A stretch of 63,932 nucleotides of DNA, filler included, from a bacterium (GTDB lineage: Bacteria; UBP15; UBA6099; JAJRTR01): assembly GCA_024278215.1 (NCBI GenBank). It is 4 parts of 4 records of this genome, joined end to end, with 100 filler letters (N's around TTAATTAATTAA, not from the genome) between each part and the next. Parts side by side here need not be neighbours in the genome. Positions count along the whole stretch, not along the records: positions 1 to 21,708 come from JAJRTR010000053.1; 3 more parts are not named here. One strand, 5' to 3'. A program made the translations under genes and the position numbers. The notes below the pieces were generated by a model. It saw only the letters and a list, made by a program, of their open reading frames with translations. It searched no databases and had not been told where the DNA came from. Shown in pieces: positions 1-9,800 of this stretch; position 1 is the stretch's first letter; the number at the start of each line of letters is the position of its first letter.

Positions 1-2
1 CC

Positions 3-845
3 GACCTCATCGTTGTACCGTGTTCGCATAATCAGGATTTATTCAGCCGGTATGTGGCGGATATCCCGGTTGATGTTTGTCTTGAGGGAGTAGAGGTAGA
101 CAAATTCACTTGTTATGCTCGGCAGTTTCCGAAATTATACCGGTTTGTGTTTTACTGGTGTGGCGCGTCGAATCCTCGGAAAGGGTATCACTACACGATT
201 GCAGCATGGGCCGCGTTCAACAACACCCACCCGGATCTAGCAAGTAAAATCCTGCTGTACATGAAAACGACGCAGGTAAGTGATCAAGAACATATTATCG
301 GATACAAGGCAGGCAAGCCGATACGCGAACAGATGCCGCGAGAACGTGTGCTTCAATGCGGCAACGCGCGCATCGATACACGGAAAATCCCCTTCGAAGG
401 TCCTGGGGGACTTATAGAGCAATATCACAAGGCGCATTGTTTCTTGTTTCCGACTATGGGCGAGGGGTTCGGACTGACCTTGGCCGAGGCAATGGCGACC
501 GGTCTTCCTGTCATTTACACGCCCTGGTCTGGGCCGAACGATTTCTGCTCAAGAGCCGAGGGGTTTCCAATTAAATACAGCTTTACGAAAGTAAAGAGCA
601 GGCGCGTTATGAAAGACGGCGAATTCATAGAAGGGTTTGAAAGCTACGCCGCCGACCCGGACGTGAAATCAATCGTGCGCGAAATGTATCGCGTATATAC
701 CAATTACGAGGCCGCGCTTGCGCGCGGACGGCGAGCCGCAGAAAGAATCAGACGTGAGATTACGTGGGATATCAGCGCAAGCAATTTCGCCGAGATCGTG
801 AAAAAACGATATGCAGAAGCTCGCGGGAGGGTGCGTGTTGGATAA
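3..845 (+). CDS. GT4-family glycosyltransferase, phage-encoded, 5'-truncated at window edge
   Basis: Frame is open from position 3. GT-B motifs RKG and FLFPTMGEGFGLTLAEAMATGLPVI. Confidence 0.85.
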   Translation, partial: DLIVVPCSHNQDLFSRYVADIPVDVCLEGVEVDKFTCYARQFPKLYRFVFYWCGASNPRKGYHYTIAAWAAFNNTHPDLASKILLYMKTTQVSDQEHIIGYKAGKPIREQMPRERVLQCGNARIDTRKIPFEGPGGLIEQYHKAHCFLFPTMGEGFGLTLAEAMATGLPVIYTPWSGPNDFCSRAEGFPIKYSFTKVKSRRVMKDGEFIEGFESYAADPDVKSIVREMYRVYTNYEAALARGRRAAERIRREITWDISASNFAEIVKKRYAEARGRVRVG

Positions 846-1500
846 CACCTCCCCAATATGGTTTTTGCATGTCATAAAAACCGGCGGGTCAACGATTTGC
901 GCGCATCTGTCGAGGCACATGCTTGGATATTATGACATCGATATCCCAGAGCTAAGCACAGGCGGGAAAGAAATTTTCCGCTCAGGGCATGCGCTCGTGT
1001 GGCGTCCGGACCGCCGGGTGATAACTATTGTCCGCGACCCGGCAGATTGGCTTGTCTCCGTGTACAATCACGACATGGCCAGGTCTGGGCAGCGTATCTC
1101 ATTCGCGACGTGGTATGACCGGTCGGCTCCGAACAGCGTCAATACGGTTGGGGGGCTGCGAGACCGCATGGTTAAGTGGGCGTCGTATATGTTTCGCCCT
1201 CCTGGGGGAGGGTTGCAGGGACTGATAGATATGTTATCGGAGTGCTGGCTCGTCGGGGTTACCGAGCGACTCAATGATGATCTGCCTGCTCTGTGCCGGT
1301 ATTTGAATGTCCCGACACGGTATCGGAACGAACGGGTAACCGGCGAATTCGACAGATTCGATGGCCGCGAAATCGAGCGGCGATATGAATTGACGGCCGA
1401 AATGAGAACCAAGATTTACAGGGAGAATGCAAGCGACATGGAATTTTATATGCACGCGCGCCGAGTCGCGAAACCGTGGGCTGAGGTTTTAGGGGGATAA
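811..1500 (+). CDS. Sulfotransferase family 2-like protein
   Basis: FLHVIKTGGST (5'-PSB-like), IVRDPADWLVSVYNH (3'-PB-like) and VGVTERL. True start may be GTG835 or TTG838 after GGGAGG. Confidence 0.7.
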   Translation: MQKLAGGCVLDNTSPIWFLHVIKTGGSTICAHLSRHMLGYYDIDIPELSTGGKEIFRSGHALVWRPDRRVITIVRDPADWLVSVYNHDMARSGQRISFATWYDRSAPNSVNTVGGLRDRMVKWASYMFRPPGGGLQGLIDMLSECWLVGVTERLNDDLPALCRYLNVPTRYRNERVTGEFDRFDGREIERRYELTAEMRTKIYRENASDMEFYMHARRVAKPWAEVLGG

Positions 1501-2316
1501 ATGGACGCGAAAATTAGTGTGACGACGAGATGCAACGCTCGCTGCAAGACATGTCCTGTGTGGACGCTCCAGGGCGACGACATGCCTGCTGGCGTGTTTA
1601 AGGAAATATATAAAAAGTTAATGACCGATCCGCGCATTGATAGAATCCTGCTCAACAATACAGGGGACATGTACGTACATCCCGATAGGGCTCGATTGTG
1701 GGAGATTATCGAGGCGACAATGTATAAGCCGGTGATCCTCACGACGAACGCGGCCGAGATGGATTATTGTCCTAAGGTGACGAAAATCATAATTTCGTTT
1801 AACGGCTATGACAAGGCGAGCTACGAATACACTACCGGGCTGCCTTTCGACGAGACAGTGGCGAATATCCGCAGCTTTTACGACGATCTGTCCGAATTGA
1901 ATGCTGAAATCCATACGCTCGCCTGGGGCGACATTTACGTTCCGAACATCGAAGAGCGCGTGCGTGATCTGTGGGGCGATTTCCCCGGGCGCGTTCGCGT
2001 GTCCTACAAGACTGACAATCAACAAGAGCATGACATCCCCGGGGCGCCGGTTCATCAGGCGGAAGCGCGAATACCATGTGATTATTTGGACAAGGTGAAT
2101 ATCTGGCCGGATGGATCAATAATACAATGTGCGCATGATTTCAGGGGCGAGGGAAGGTTCGGTAATATTTTGACAACAAGCGTTTTCGGGTCTATACTAC
2201 ACCCAGACAGGATGAAATTAAAGGCACAGCATGCGGTCGGGGCGTTCCCGGGATTGTGCGCGACGTGTAATTACAACACGCCTACTGACGGCAGGATTGT
2301 GTACGTGAGGGGCTGA
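1501..2316 (+). CDS. Radical SAM protein with SPASM/twitch domain
   Basis: CNARCKTC (CxxxCxxC). C-terminal CDYL..CAHD..FGNI..CATC. Confidence 0.85.
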   Translation: MDAKISVTTRCNARCKTCPVWTLQGDDMPAGVFKEIYKKLMTDPRIDRILLNNTGDMYVHPDRARLWEIIEATMYKPVILTTNAAEMDYCPKVTKIIISFNGYDKASYEYTTGLPFDETVANIRSFYDDLSELNAEIHTLAWGDIYVPNIEERVRDLWGDFPGRVRVSYKTDNQQEHDIPGAPVHQAEARIPCDYLDKVNIWPDGSIIQCAHDFRGEGRFGNILTTSVFGSILHPDRMKLKAQHAVGAFPGLCATCNYNTPTDGRIVYVRG

Positions 2317-2317
2317 C

Positions 2318-2917
2318 ATGGCACTCGACACGACGAACGCGCTCGATACGCTGGCGAATATCAAAACGCATTTGCGTATTACATCCGGGGACACGACGTA
2401 TGACACGCAGCTCGAAACGATGATCGACGGCCTGTCGATAGCGTTCAATCGATACACACGGCGTGACCTTCTTGCGAGAGACAGAACGGATTATTACGAC
2501 GGCGACGGATCGGGCATCCTGTACGTGCATCACTGGCCGATCAATTCCATAACATCATTGCATTATGATACCGACCGGGATTTCGATTCAGATACTCTCG
2601 TGGCGACAAGTGATTATTTCTACAACAAGGATGAAGGTGTTATCGAATTGGAATCCGGCGGGTTTCCTGATGCGAGGAAATGCATAAAACTAGTATCGAA
2701 TGCCGGCTTTACAAGCATCCCTGCCGATCTGCTCATGGCGTTCCGAGATCAAGTCAAAGCACATTGGCGTTGGTGGATGGATAACCTGGAGAAGATTAGG
2801 TCTGTGACGAAAGAATCCGTCAGTTATTCATTCGACAATTCGGTGTTTTTGCCGGTCGTGCAACGGGTATTGGATACATATCGGCGCAAGGGCTACACGG
2901 GGGGCATGACAACGTGA
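2318..2917 (+). CDS. Phage head-tail connector (gp6/gp15-like)
   Basis: TLANIKTHLRI..D..L, YDGDG, AGF..IPADL and VLDTYRR pattern; lies just before the tail genes. Confidence 0.8.
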   Translation: MALDTTNALDTLANIKTHLRITSGDTTYDTQLETMIDGLSIAFNRYTRRDLLARDRTDYYDGDGSGILYVHHWPINSITSLHYDTDRDFDSDTLVATSDYFYNKDEGVIELESGGFPDARKCIKLVSNAGFTSIPADLLMAFRDQVKAHWRWWMDNLEKIRSVTKESVSYSFDNSVFLPVVQRVLDTYRRKGYTGGMTT

Positions 2918-3327
2918 TGATGACCTGGCCGCAGTTTGAGAAGAAAATCGACCGGTGGGTTCGCGATTTCCCGGACGCCGTGGAAAATGCACTCGAAACG
3001 GGGGGTGAGATCATCCTCGGCGAAGCACAGCGAAAGCATTTGTCAGGACCGAAGATGCCGAAAGGCGTCGGCAACCCGATGCGGGGGACGTTGCAACCGC
3101 GAAGCGGTGATTTGAAAACGCGATTGAATAAGCGCGTCAGAGTATCACGGACCGATGTCTCGTTGCGCGTCGGGTCGAACATGGTTTATGCAGCGACGCA
3201 TGAATATGGGGACCCTCGCCGGGGCATCCCTGCGCGGCCGTTTTTGCGCTCGTCGCGTGACGCGCGTATTGACGATGTGAAAGCGATTATTCTTAAACGA
3301 ATCATGGCGGCATACGAGAGGGCATAA
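2914..3327 (+). CDS. Phage tail completion / virion morphogenesis protein (HK97 gp10-like)
   Basis: RSGDL, VGSNMVYAATHEYG and IPARPFL motifs. Confidence 0.8.
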   Translation: MMMTWPQFEKKIDRWVRDFPDAVENALETGGEIILGEAQRKHLSGPKMPKGVGNPMRGTLQPRSGDLKTRLNKRVRVSRTDVSLRVGSNMVYAATHEYGDPRRGIPARPFLRSSRDARIDDVKAIILKRIMAAYERA

Positions 3328-3776
3328 TGGCCGATTCGAAACAAAAAGATATTGTCGATGCGATAGTGTCCGCGATTGGGGGATTGTCTGCGGTGGCGAA
3401 GGCAACGCAGGATGAAGCGGCATGGGCCCAGGCGGGGCAGAATCTGGCGGACCTCCCGATTGTATTTGTCAACGCGCAGAAGCCTATCAATTCGCGAGCC
3501 TATTTCCCGCATGCGACCGCGAACGATATGGAGGGCGAGATGGAAATCGAAATCCATGGTCAGACGCTGTCGCAATACGGGAGCTCGAAACGTGCGGATG
3601 TCGATACTGTGCGACAAGCAATTGAGACAGGCCTCGACACCGATACGACATTGCAGGGACTTATACTTGATATTGTTTTGACATCGAGTATAATTGACAT
3701 AGGCTCTTCGGAGAACAGGGGATTTTTTCTCGATAAATACATACTGACGTATGAATATAATCATGCGTCGCCATAG
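3327..3776 (+). CDS. Putative tail terminator protein
   Basis: 149 aa, positioned between the gp10-like gene and tail tube; translationally coupled (TAATG). Confidence 0.55.
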   Translation: MADSKQKDIVDAIVSAIGGLSAVAKATQDEAAWAQAGQNLADLPIVFVNAQKPINSRAYFPHATANDMEGEMEIEIHGQTLSQYGSSKRADVDTVRQAIETGLDTDTTLQGLILDIVLTSSIIDIGSSENRGFFLDKYILTYEYNHASP

Positions 3777-3787
3777 GAGGCACTAAA

Positions 3788-4183
3788 ATGCCGGCAACTG
3801 TAGGTAAAGACGGGGGGTTCTATCTCGGCACGTCGCTGTTGACGTTTATCGATTCATGGAGCATTCAGGGGACCATCGGGCATGAAGAGATAACCGGATT
3901 CGGCGATTCAAACGTCAAGCGCACTCCAACGCTGCGCGACTGGAGCGCATCGGCGTCTGGGACGCTCGACAGGTCCGATGCCAACCAGGCGGCGATGCTC
4001 GACCAATTCGAGGACGGGACTATTACGGCGACGAGCGTGCGCCTCTCGACAGAACGAGGGTCCGATTACTGGGAGGGCTCTGCTATCATCGAGTCGTTCA
4101 GCGTCGATGCAACAGTGCAGGGCAAAGTGTCGGTGAGTTTTTCCCTCGTCGCTGCCGATGCGCTGTCGTGGACTGAGGCATAA
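3788..4183 (+). CDS. Major tail tube protein
   Basis: RBS AGGAGG. GKDG, SWS, TGFGD, LRDWSASASG and VSVSFSL beta-rich tube pattern. Confidence 0.75.
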   Translation: MPATVGKDGGFYLGTSLLTFIDSWSIQGTIGHEEITGFGDSNVKRTPTLRDWSASASGTLDRSDANQAAMLDQFEDGTITATSVRLSTERGSDYWEGSAIIESFSVDATVQGKVSVSFSLVAADALSWTEA

Positions 4184-4185
4184 AA

Positions 4186-4548
4186 ATGGCGAGCCTCGAA
4201 CTTGTTGGGCGGTATTCGTTTATCCCCGAGGCCGGCGGCAATCGTGCAGATGATGCGCCTGTTGAATTTATTTGCCAGGCATTGTCGCCGTCTGAATGGG
4301 CGACAGCAGTAAACCATCGTGCCGTATCAACTGGAGGAGCTGGGGAAGTCCAGATTGTCACGGATAAAGAAATGCTGGTTCGGCGTGCAGTGATCGAAGT
4401 GAAAAATCTTTCAGCCGATGGGAAGCAGATTTCAGATGCTGCGGAGTTTCTTGCGCTTCGGCATCCGATTGCCGGACAATGGTTTGATGAGCTCGTCAAT
4501 GACATCATCGCGCGGCGCATGGCGGATGAGGAAGACCTAAAAAACTGA
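4186..4548 (+). CDS. Tail assembly chaperone (G-like)
   Basis: Between tube and tape measure; ends in slippery A-AAA-AAC just before its stop. Confidence 0.7.
   Translation: MASLELVGRYSFIPEAGGNRADDAPVEFICQALSPSEWATAVNHRAVSTGGAGEVQIVTDKEMLVRRAVIEVKNLSADGKQISDAAEFLALRHPIAGQWFDELVNDIIARRMADEEDLKN
4539..4545 (+). other. Programmed -1 ribosomal frameshift site A AAA AAC
   Basis: X XXY YYZ heptamer. The -1 frame is open (KLKRAALLVVDGW..) into ORF 4566-4886. Confidence 0.75.
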
Positions 4549-4565
4549 AACGCGCCGCCCTGCTC

Positions 4566-4886
4566 GTGGTAGACGGGTGGCGCGACCCGAAGACTAAACG
4601 ATGGATAGCGCGTGATTGGAGCGGGTTTGTTCCGACGCCGGACCAAGAAAACAAAGTATCGATTATTGGTCCTGACATTCCGGGGGTTGACGACGAGGAC
4701 CGACTTTTCAGGTGGGGCGACATCCCGCAGATACGGGAGAAAGGGCGGCGAGGGATGCAACTATACGATATGTGGAAGCGGTTCGGCCTCCCGTTCAGCG
4801 GAGGATGGGCAGATCAGCCGCAATATGTTATTGACCGCCTACACATAGTCGATACGATAGTGAGGGCGGCACATGCCAAGAGATAG
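4566..4886 (+). CDS. Tail assembly chaperone T-like portion, probably made as a G-T frameshift fusion
   Basis: In the -1 frame of 4186-4548, with no obvious RBS of its own. LPFSGGWADQP motif. Confidence 0.65.
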   Translation: MVDGWRDPKTKRWIARDWSGFVPTPDQENKVSIIGPDIPGVDDEDRLFRWGDIPQIREKGRRGMQLYDMWKRFGLPFSGGWADQPQYVIDRLHIVDTIVRAAHAKR

Positions 4887-6891
4887 AGTTGAAGTTGAAG
4901 TTCTCACGCACACGAACAAATCGAATGCATCCCTGAAAAAATATCTTGGCCTTGTAGCGGCGGCGACGGCGGCAGCCTACGGACTGAAAAAAATCGTTAT
5001 TGACAATGCGAAAGCGGGGCTCAAATACGCAGGCTCAATGGATGCGCTGTCTGCGTCATTCCGAGTATTGTTGCGCAGTGGTTCAGAAGCTGAAATGCTC
5101 ATGGAGAGTCTTCAACAGTTCGCGGCTACGACGCCGTTCCAGATGGAAAAACTAGCGCAGGCCACAAAGGTTCTCATTAATACCGGTACTGACGTGTCGC
5201 GGGTGACGGACGTACTGGAATCGTTGGGAAACGCGGCCATGGGCAATGCGGAGGTCATGGACCGGCTAGTCGATGCGTACTCAAAGCTGCAGACCAAAGG
5301 ACGCGCTTCGCTGGAAGAATTGAATCGTTTTCTCGAAGCCGGCGTGCCGATTTTAGACGAGTTACAAAAGTCCCTCGGCGTGACGAAGGATGAATTATTT
5401 GCAATGATCAGCGCCGGGAAGGTGCAATTCGCCGAAGTAAATAAAGCGCTTGAAAATCTCACCACCGGACAAGGCCGCTTGGCCGGACTCATTAAAGTTC
5501 AGTCGGAAACACTGCCTGGGCTGCTATCGACATTGCGAGATGTTGTGGATCAGATGCGCGGGGGATTCATGGAAGCGTTCCTTCCGGCGCTCAAGGCCGG
5601 GCTCCAAAAACTCATCGGCTGGCTGCAGAAAGCGGCAGAGAATATCAAATCGTGGGCTGAAACGAATCAGGCTACGATTTATGCGATATTTACCAAGTTG
5701 CCTGACATCGTTAAAGCAGTTATGGAGACGGTCGTTTCGATGATCAACACTGCCATGACCGGAACGACGATGGTGAATGTGATGAAAGTGTTCGGGCAAT
5801 ATATCGCCGACGCCATGCGCCTAGGCATTTCGACGCTGCCGTTTATGTTCAAGACAATTTTGTCTGTCGCCGAAGACGTCTGGCGTGCATTCGGCGACAA
5901 TGCTGGGAAATATATAATTAACGGCATAGTAAACGCTATTCTTACCGGCCCGCGATGGGCGACGAAGTTCGTTGGATGGTTGACGGGAAATGAGACCTTA
6001 GAAATAGGGCGAGTCGATTTCTTCGGCGTCGATACTATGCGGGACATGGAGGAGTTTAAGGGGCTTATTGCAAACACGTTCGAGGAAGCCGGCTTAACTG
6101 CGCGCCGTATGGTGGCGCAAAACATGACGAACTGGGCCGATTCGGTGAAAGAGATAGCCGGACTATTCGATGATGACCTGGCAGCCGGAGCCGAGAAAGT
6201 CAATGCGTTGATAGAAGACGGGAAGGCAGCATTCGAGGAATGGAAATCGTCGGCAGAGGATTTCGGCGTCGCTACTGTTGACGCCACTGCCGCAGGGGCC
6301 GAGGCGACAAAAGCTTTGATTATGAGTCAAGAGCGGTCGGTAGATTTGTGGCGCGAAATGATTGTGAAGAACGATGAATTAGAGCAATCATATTATGACT
6401 TGGCAGCCGCAGCGGCGCAGGCGCAACAAAAAGCATTTGAGGAAATGACATCCGATTTATTCGGATGGGCCGGCGATTATCTCGACGTGTTGCGTGAACT
6501 TGGCGTGGCTGAGGAAAAGCTGTTTCAGTATAAAAAAGCAATAGCTCTTGTCGAGGCGACAATCGGCATGTTGACGGCTATTGCTAAAGCGACGACTGTA
6601 TGGGAAAAAGTGGCAGCGCTGACGACAGGGCTGCTGGCAATAGCGAAAATTGGATATGAGCAACCGCCGCCGCCGCCGTCATTTGCGAGTGGCGGAATTG
6701 TAGCCGGCCCTATTACCGCGACGGTTGGTGATGCCGGCCCTATGCGGACGGGGGCGGAAGCGATTGTCCCGCTCGATAGATACGGCGACAGTCCGACTGT
6801 CGTTGTCCACGTCTACGGGACAGTAATCAGTGACGACCAATTACAGGGCGTGATAGTCGGCACCGTGCGGGAAATGCAGCGTGGCTATTAA
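4873..6891 (+). CDS. Tail tape measure protein
   Basis: FAATTPF..KGRASLEELNRF..GVPI tape-measure N-terminal domain, Ala-rich helical body, FASGGIV..GDAG..EAIVPL C-terminus. Confidence 0.9.
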   Translation: MPRDRVEVEVLTHTNKSNASLKKYLGLVAAATAAAYGLKKIVIDNAKAGLKYAGSMDALSASFRVLLRSGSEAEMLMESLQQFAATTPFQMEKLAQATKVLINTGTDVSRVTDVLESLGNAAMGNAEVMDRLVDAYSKLQTKGRASLEELNRFLEAGVPILDELQKSLGVTKDELFAMISAGKVQFAEVNKALENLTTGQGRLAGLIKVQSETLPGLLSTLRDVVDQMRGGFMEAFLPALKAGLQKLIGWLQKAAENIKSWAETNQATIYAIFTKLPDIVKAVMETVVSMINTAMTGTTMVNVMKVFGQYIADAMRLGISTLPFMFKTILSVAEDVWRAFGDNAGKYIINGIVNAILTGPRWATKFVGWLTGNETLEIGRVDFFGVDTMRDMEEFKGLIANTFEEAGLTARRMVAQNMTNWADSVKEIAGLFDDDLAAGAEKVNALIEDGKAAFEEWKSSAEDFGVATVDATAAGAEATKALIMSQERSVDLWREMIVKNDELEQSYYDLAAAAAQAQQKAFEEMTSDLFGWAGDYLDVLRELGVAEEKLFQYKKAIALVEATIGMLTAIAKATTVWEKVAALTTGLLAIAKIGYEQPPPPPSFASGGIVAGPITATVGDAGPMRTGAEAIVPLDRYGDSPTVVVHVYGTVISDDQLQGVIVGTVREMQRGY

Positions 6892-9800
6892 ATCGATCCT
6901 GTCAGATCATCAATCGAATCTCATGACCGGCGCCGGGGGAGATCGCGACGAGCGATTGTACCTCGGGCTGCGTGGAGTGAAATACCCCGACATTGCGAGA
7001 GACACGCGGACATATATCGACCGTGGCGACTGCGAATCTACCACTGCTCCGGCGTTGCGTGGGGAAACAGCGGTTACAACGTCGAATCTTACATTCGCAC
7101 GGTCCGACGATTGGAATCATAGAGGCGCGTACTCGTACAAACTGATCAAGGCGGTCGCAGCGGGGACCGAAGCCTACGTCGCGCTGCAGGATGGAGTGGG
7201 CACCGCCGACATGCACGGGTTTATCGCCGGCGAGACGGTGGAGATGATTGCGTGGCTCAAGTTGCCGTCGTCCGGAGGCCCGCTATCGAGCGAGGTTACG
7301 TTGCGCGTGCAGGAATACTATTCAGGCGCGTGGAACGCGACGACGCTGGACACAGGGAGCGTCGATGCCGGGAACATCGAAAAACTCTCCGGTCGGATCG
7401 CACTCAACGCATCCACGGCTGCAGTGCGATTTGAAATCGTACTCGCCTCTGCTGCGGCAGATACTGAGTACGTCTACGTAGACGATATCGAGATTTATCG
7501 ATATGCCACGTTCACTTTGGCGCGCGAGGACAATTTGGTTGACCGGGGGAATTGTGAGTCGACGACGGCTCCGGCGTTCCGTGGAGAAACATCAGCGGTA
7601 TCAACCAATGCATCGGGCGCGCGCACGGCTGAGGTTGCGCGCAGCGGGAACTATGCATGGCGGGTTACTAAGACGTCGGCTGCCGGCGCCGGTTGGGCTA
7701 GCTGGTATTTTCAGGATTCAGCATCTAATACAGACATGCATGGATTTTCAGCCGGTGAGACATTAGAGGTATCTGCATTTGCAAAGCTGACGTCCGGATC
7801 AAGTCCTGATCCGGGAGAAGTGCGGATGCTATTTGAAAATTACAGATTATCTACAAGCTCTTGGGTTGTGATCGGGGCATCAGCCTACATGTCGGTAAGC
7901 GACGCGTTCGAAAAATTGACACTTACTCCGACAATATCAGATGATGCCCGCGGTATCAGATTGCGAGTACAAATTAATACAAATGCAGGCTTAAACGAAT
8001 ATGTAGATATTGATGACATCCGCGTTACCCGCCACAGCGTCCCCGGCACCCACTATCTCAGCGGCAGCTATACCGAGCACCTGGTCGAGATGCCGGATAA
8101 GTTCACGCTGCAGATTAAGTTCAAGCCGAATTTCGCGTATGATATTGCAACCTCGCAATATATTTGCGGATGGAGAATAGATAGTGCGCATAATCTTGTA
8201 TTATATTATGAGGCTTCAGGCGATAAATTCCAAATTCAATGGATAGACGGTGGATCTGCAAAGTATTTGTTTTCCGCTCAATATGATGATGGCACTACAT
8301 ACCGGAATATCAATCAATGGATTACATTAACATTTGCATTTGATCCGGCATCCGGGCAAACAGGTTCCGCATTATGGCTTAACAAAACACAAGACGATGC
8401 GGATTTCGGCGCAGCCCCAGATAGTAAATCAACATCATTCCAGACGATGCGAATGCGTGAATATAACGGAGTACAAGGCGATATTAATATCGCCTTCATC
8501 CGCCTTTTCCGCAACTACGTGGCCACCGACGCCGATGTTCAGAACGATTTCAAGGACGTCAAGGCCGAGGAGATTTACTGGAGTTTCGACGGACATGCGA
8601 CCGGGCGAACACGGGTCAATGTATCGAGATTCTACGCTCGGCGGATGAAACTCACACGCTCGGTTAAAACCGGCACATCAGGCGCCTACGGAGCGAATCG
8701 ATTTCAATGTGCACTCAAAAATCTGAATGGCGAATTCTCCGACGATCAATATGGGACGTATGATCCTACGACCGACAGTTTTAACGGTGACTCCGACCAG
8801 GCGTATTTGCGCGATAGATTCGAGGTCGAGCTTGAATCGTGGTACTCAGGAGATTTCGATTCGGTGTTCCGCGGCCGTGCAGTAGGTGGGTTGCAACGCA
8901 ATAGCGCGAGAAAGAATGTATCGTGGGTATCGCTGGTTGCGGAAGATCGGTCGGCCGATCTGGCGTCGGCAATCATCACATCCGGGCATGTATTCGAGGA
9001 TTGCAAGCTCGCCGACACCGTGGAGGCTAATTCTCTGTTCCACAGAATTGCACGCCTGGGGCGGCCGACCGTCAAACAATATCTGGCGAATAATTCGTTC
9101 GAGGACGCGACGATTACCGATGCCTGGGTGGCGAGCGGGGGAACATGGACGCGCGAAGCGAACCCTTTATTCGGTACATATTGCGGCCGGCTAGTGCCTG
9201 GGGCCTCGGCGCAGAGCGTGTATCAGGAGATAACGTTTTCCGGCTCTGAAAAGCTGTCCGTTAACCAGGAATTCACGTTTTACGTCTGGCTCTATTCCTC
9301 TGCGGCTGCATCGGGCGCGAACAATTATATCCGGATTGATGAGCGCGATAGTGGAGGATCAAACGATACGACAGATACGTCTATGGCATTGACCGGCGGC
9401 GAGGGGTGGGTGCTCCATCAGGTGACGCACACGATTACGGATGCTGATTCAGACAGATTGCGAATCATCATCGCTGCAGATGCCGGAGACACGATTGATA
9501 TAGACGGGGCCATGTTCGTTGTCGGCGACCGTAAAAATAATGTGTTCCGCGAATCATCGTTGGTATTGACTGATGCCGTGTCGAGCGGGTCGGTGAGTGC
9601 CGATTATCGCGACGAGGTGCAATGGGACGAGTTCGGGTTCGACGCGGCGACGATTGACTATGTGCATCCGTGGCGGCGCGTGGATCAAGGCACGACCGTA
9701 TGGGACCATCTCAAATCCCTGTTCGATGCGGCCATAGTGGATTACGGCGGATTCGACGAGTCTGGGACGCTATTATATCACGGGTATTTAGAGTCCGGAC

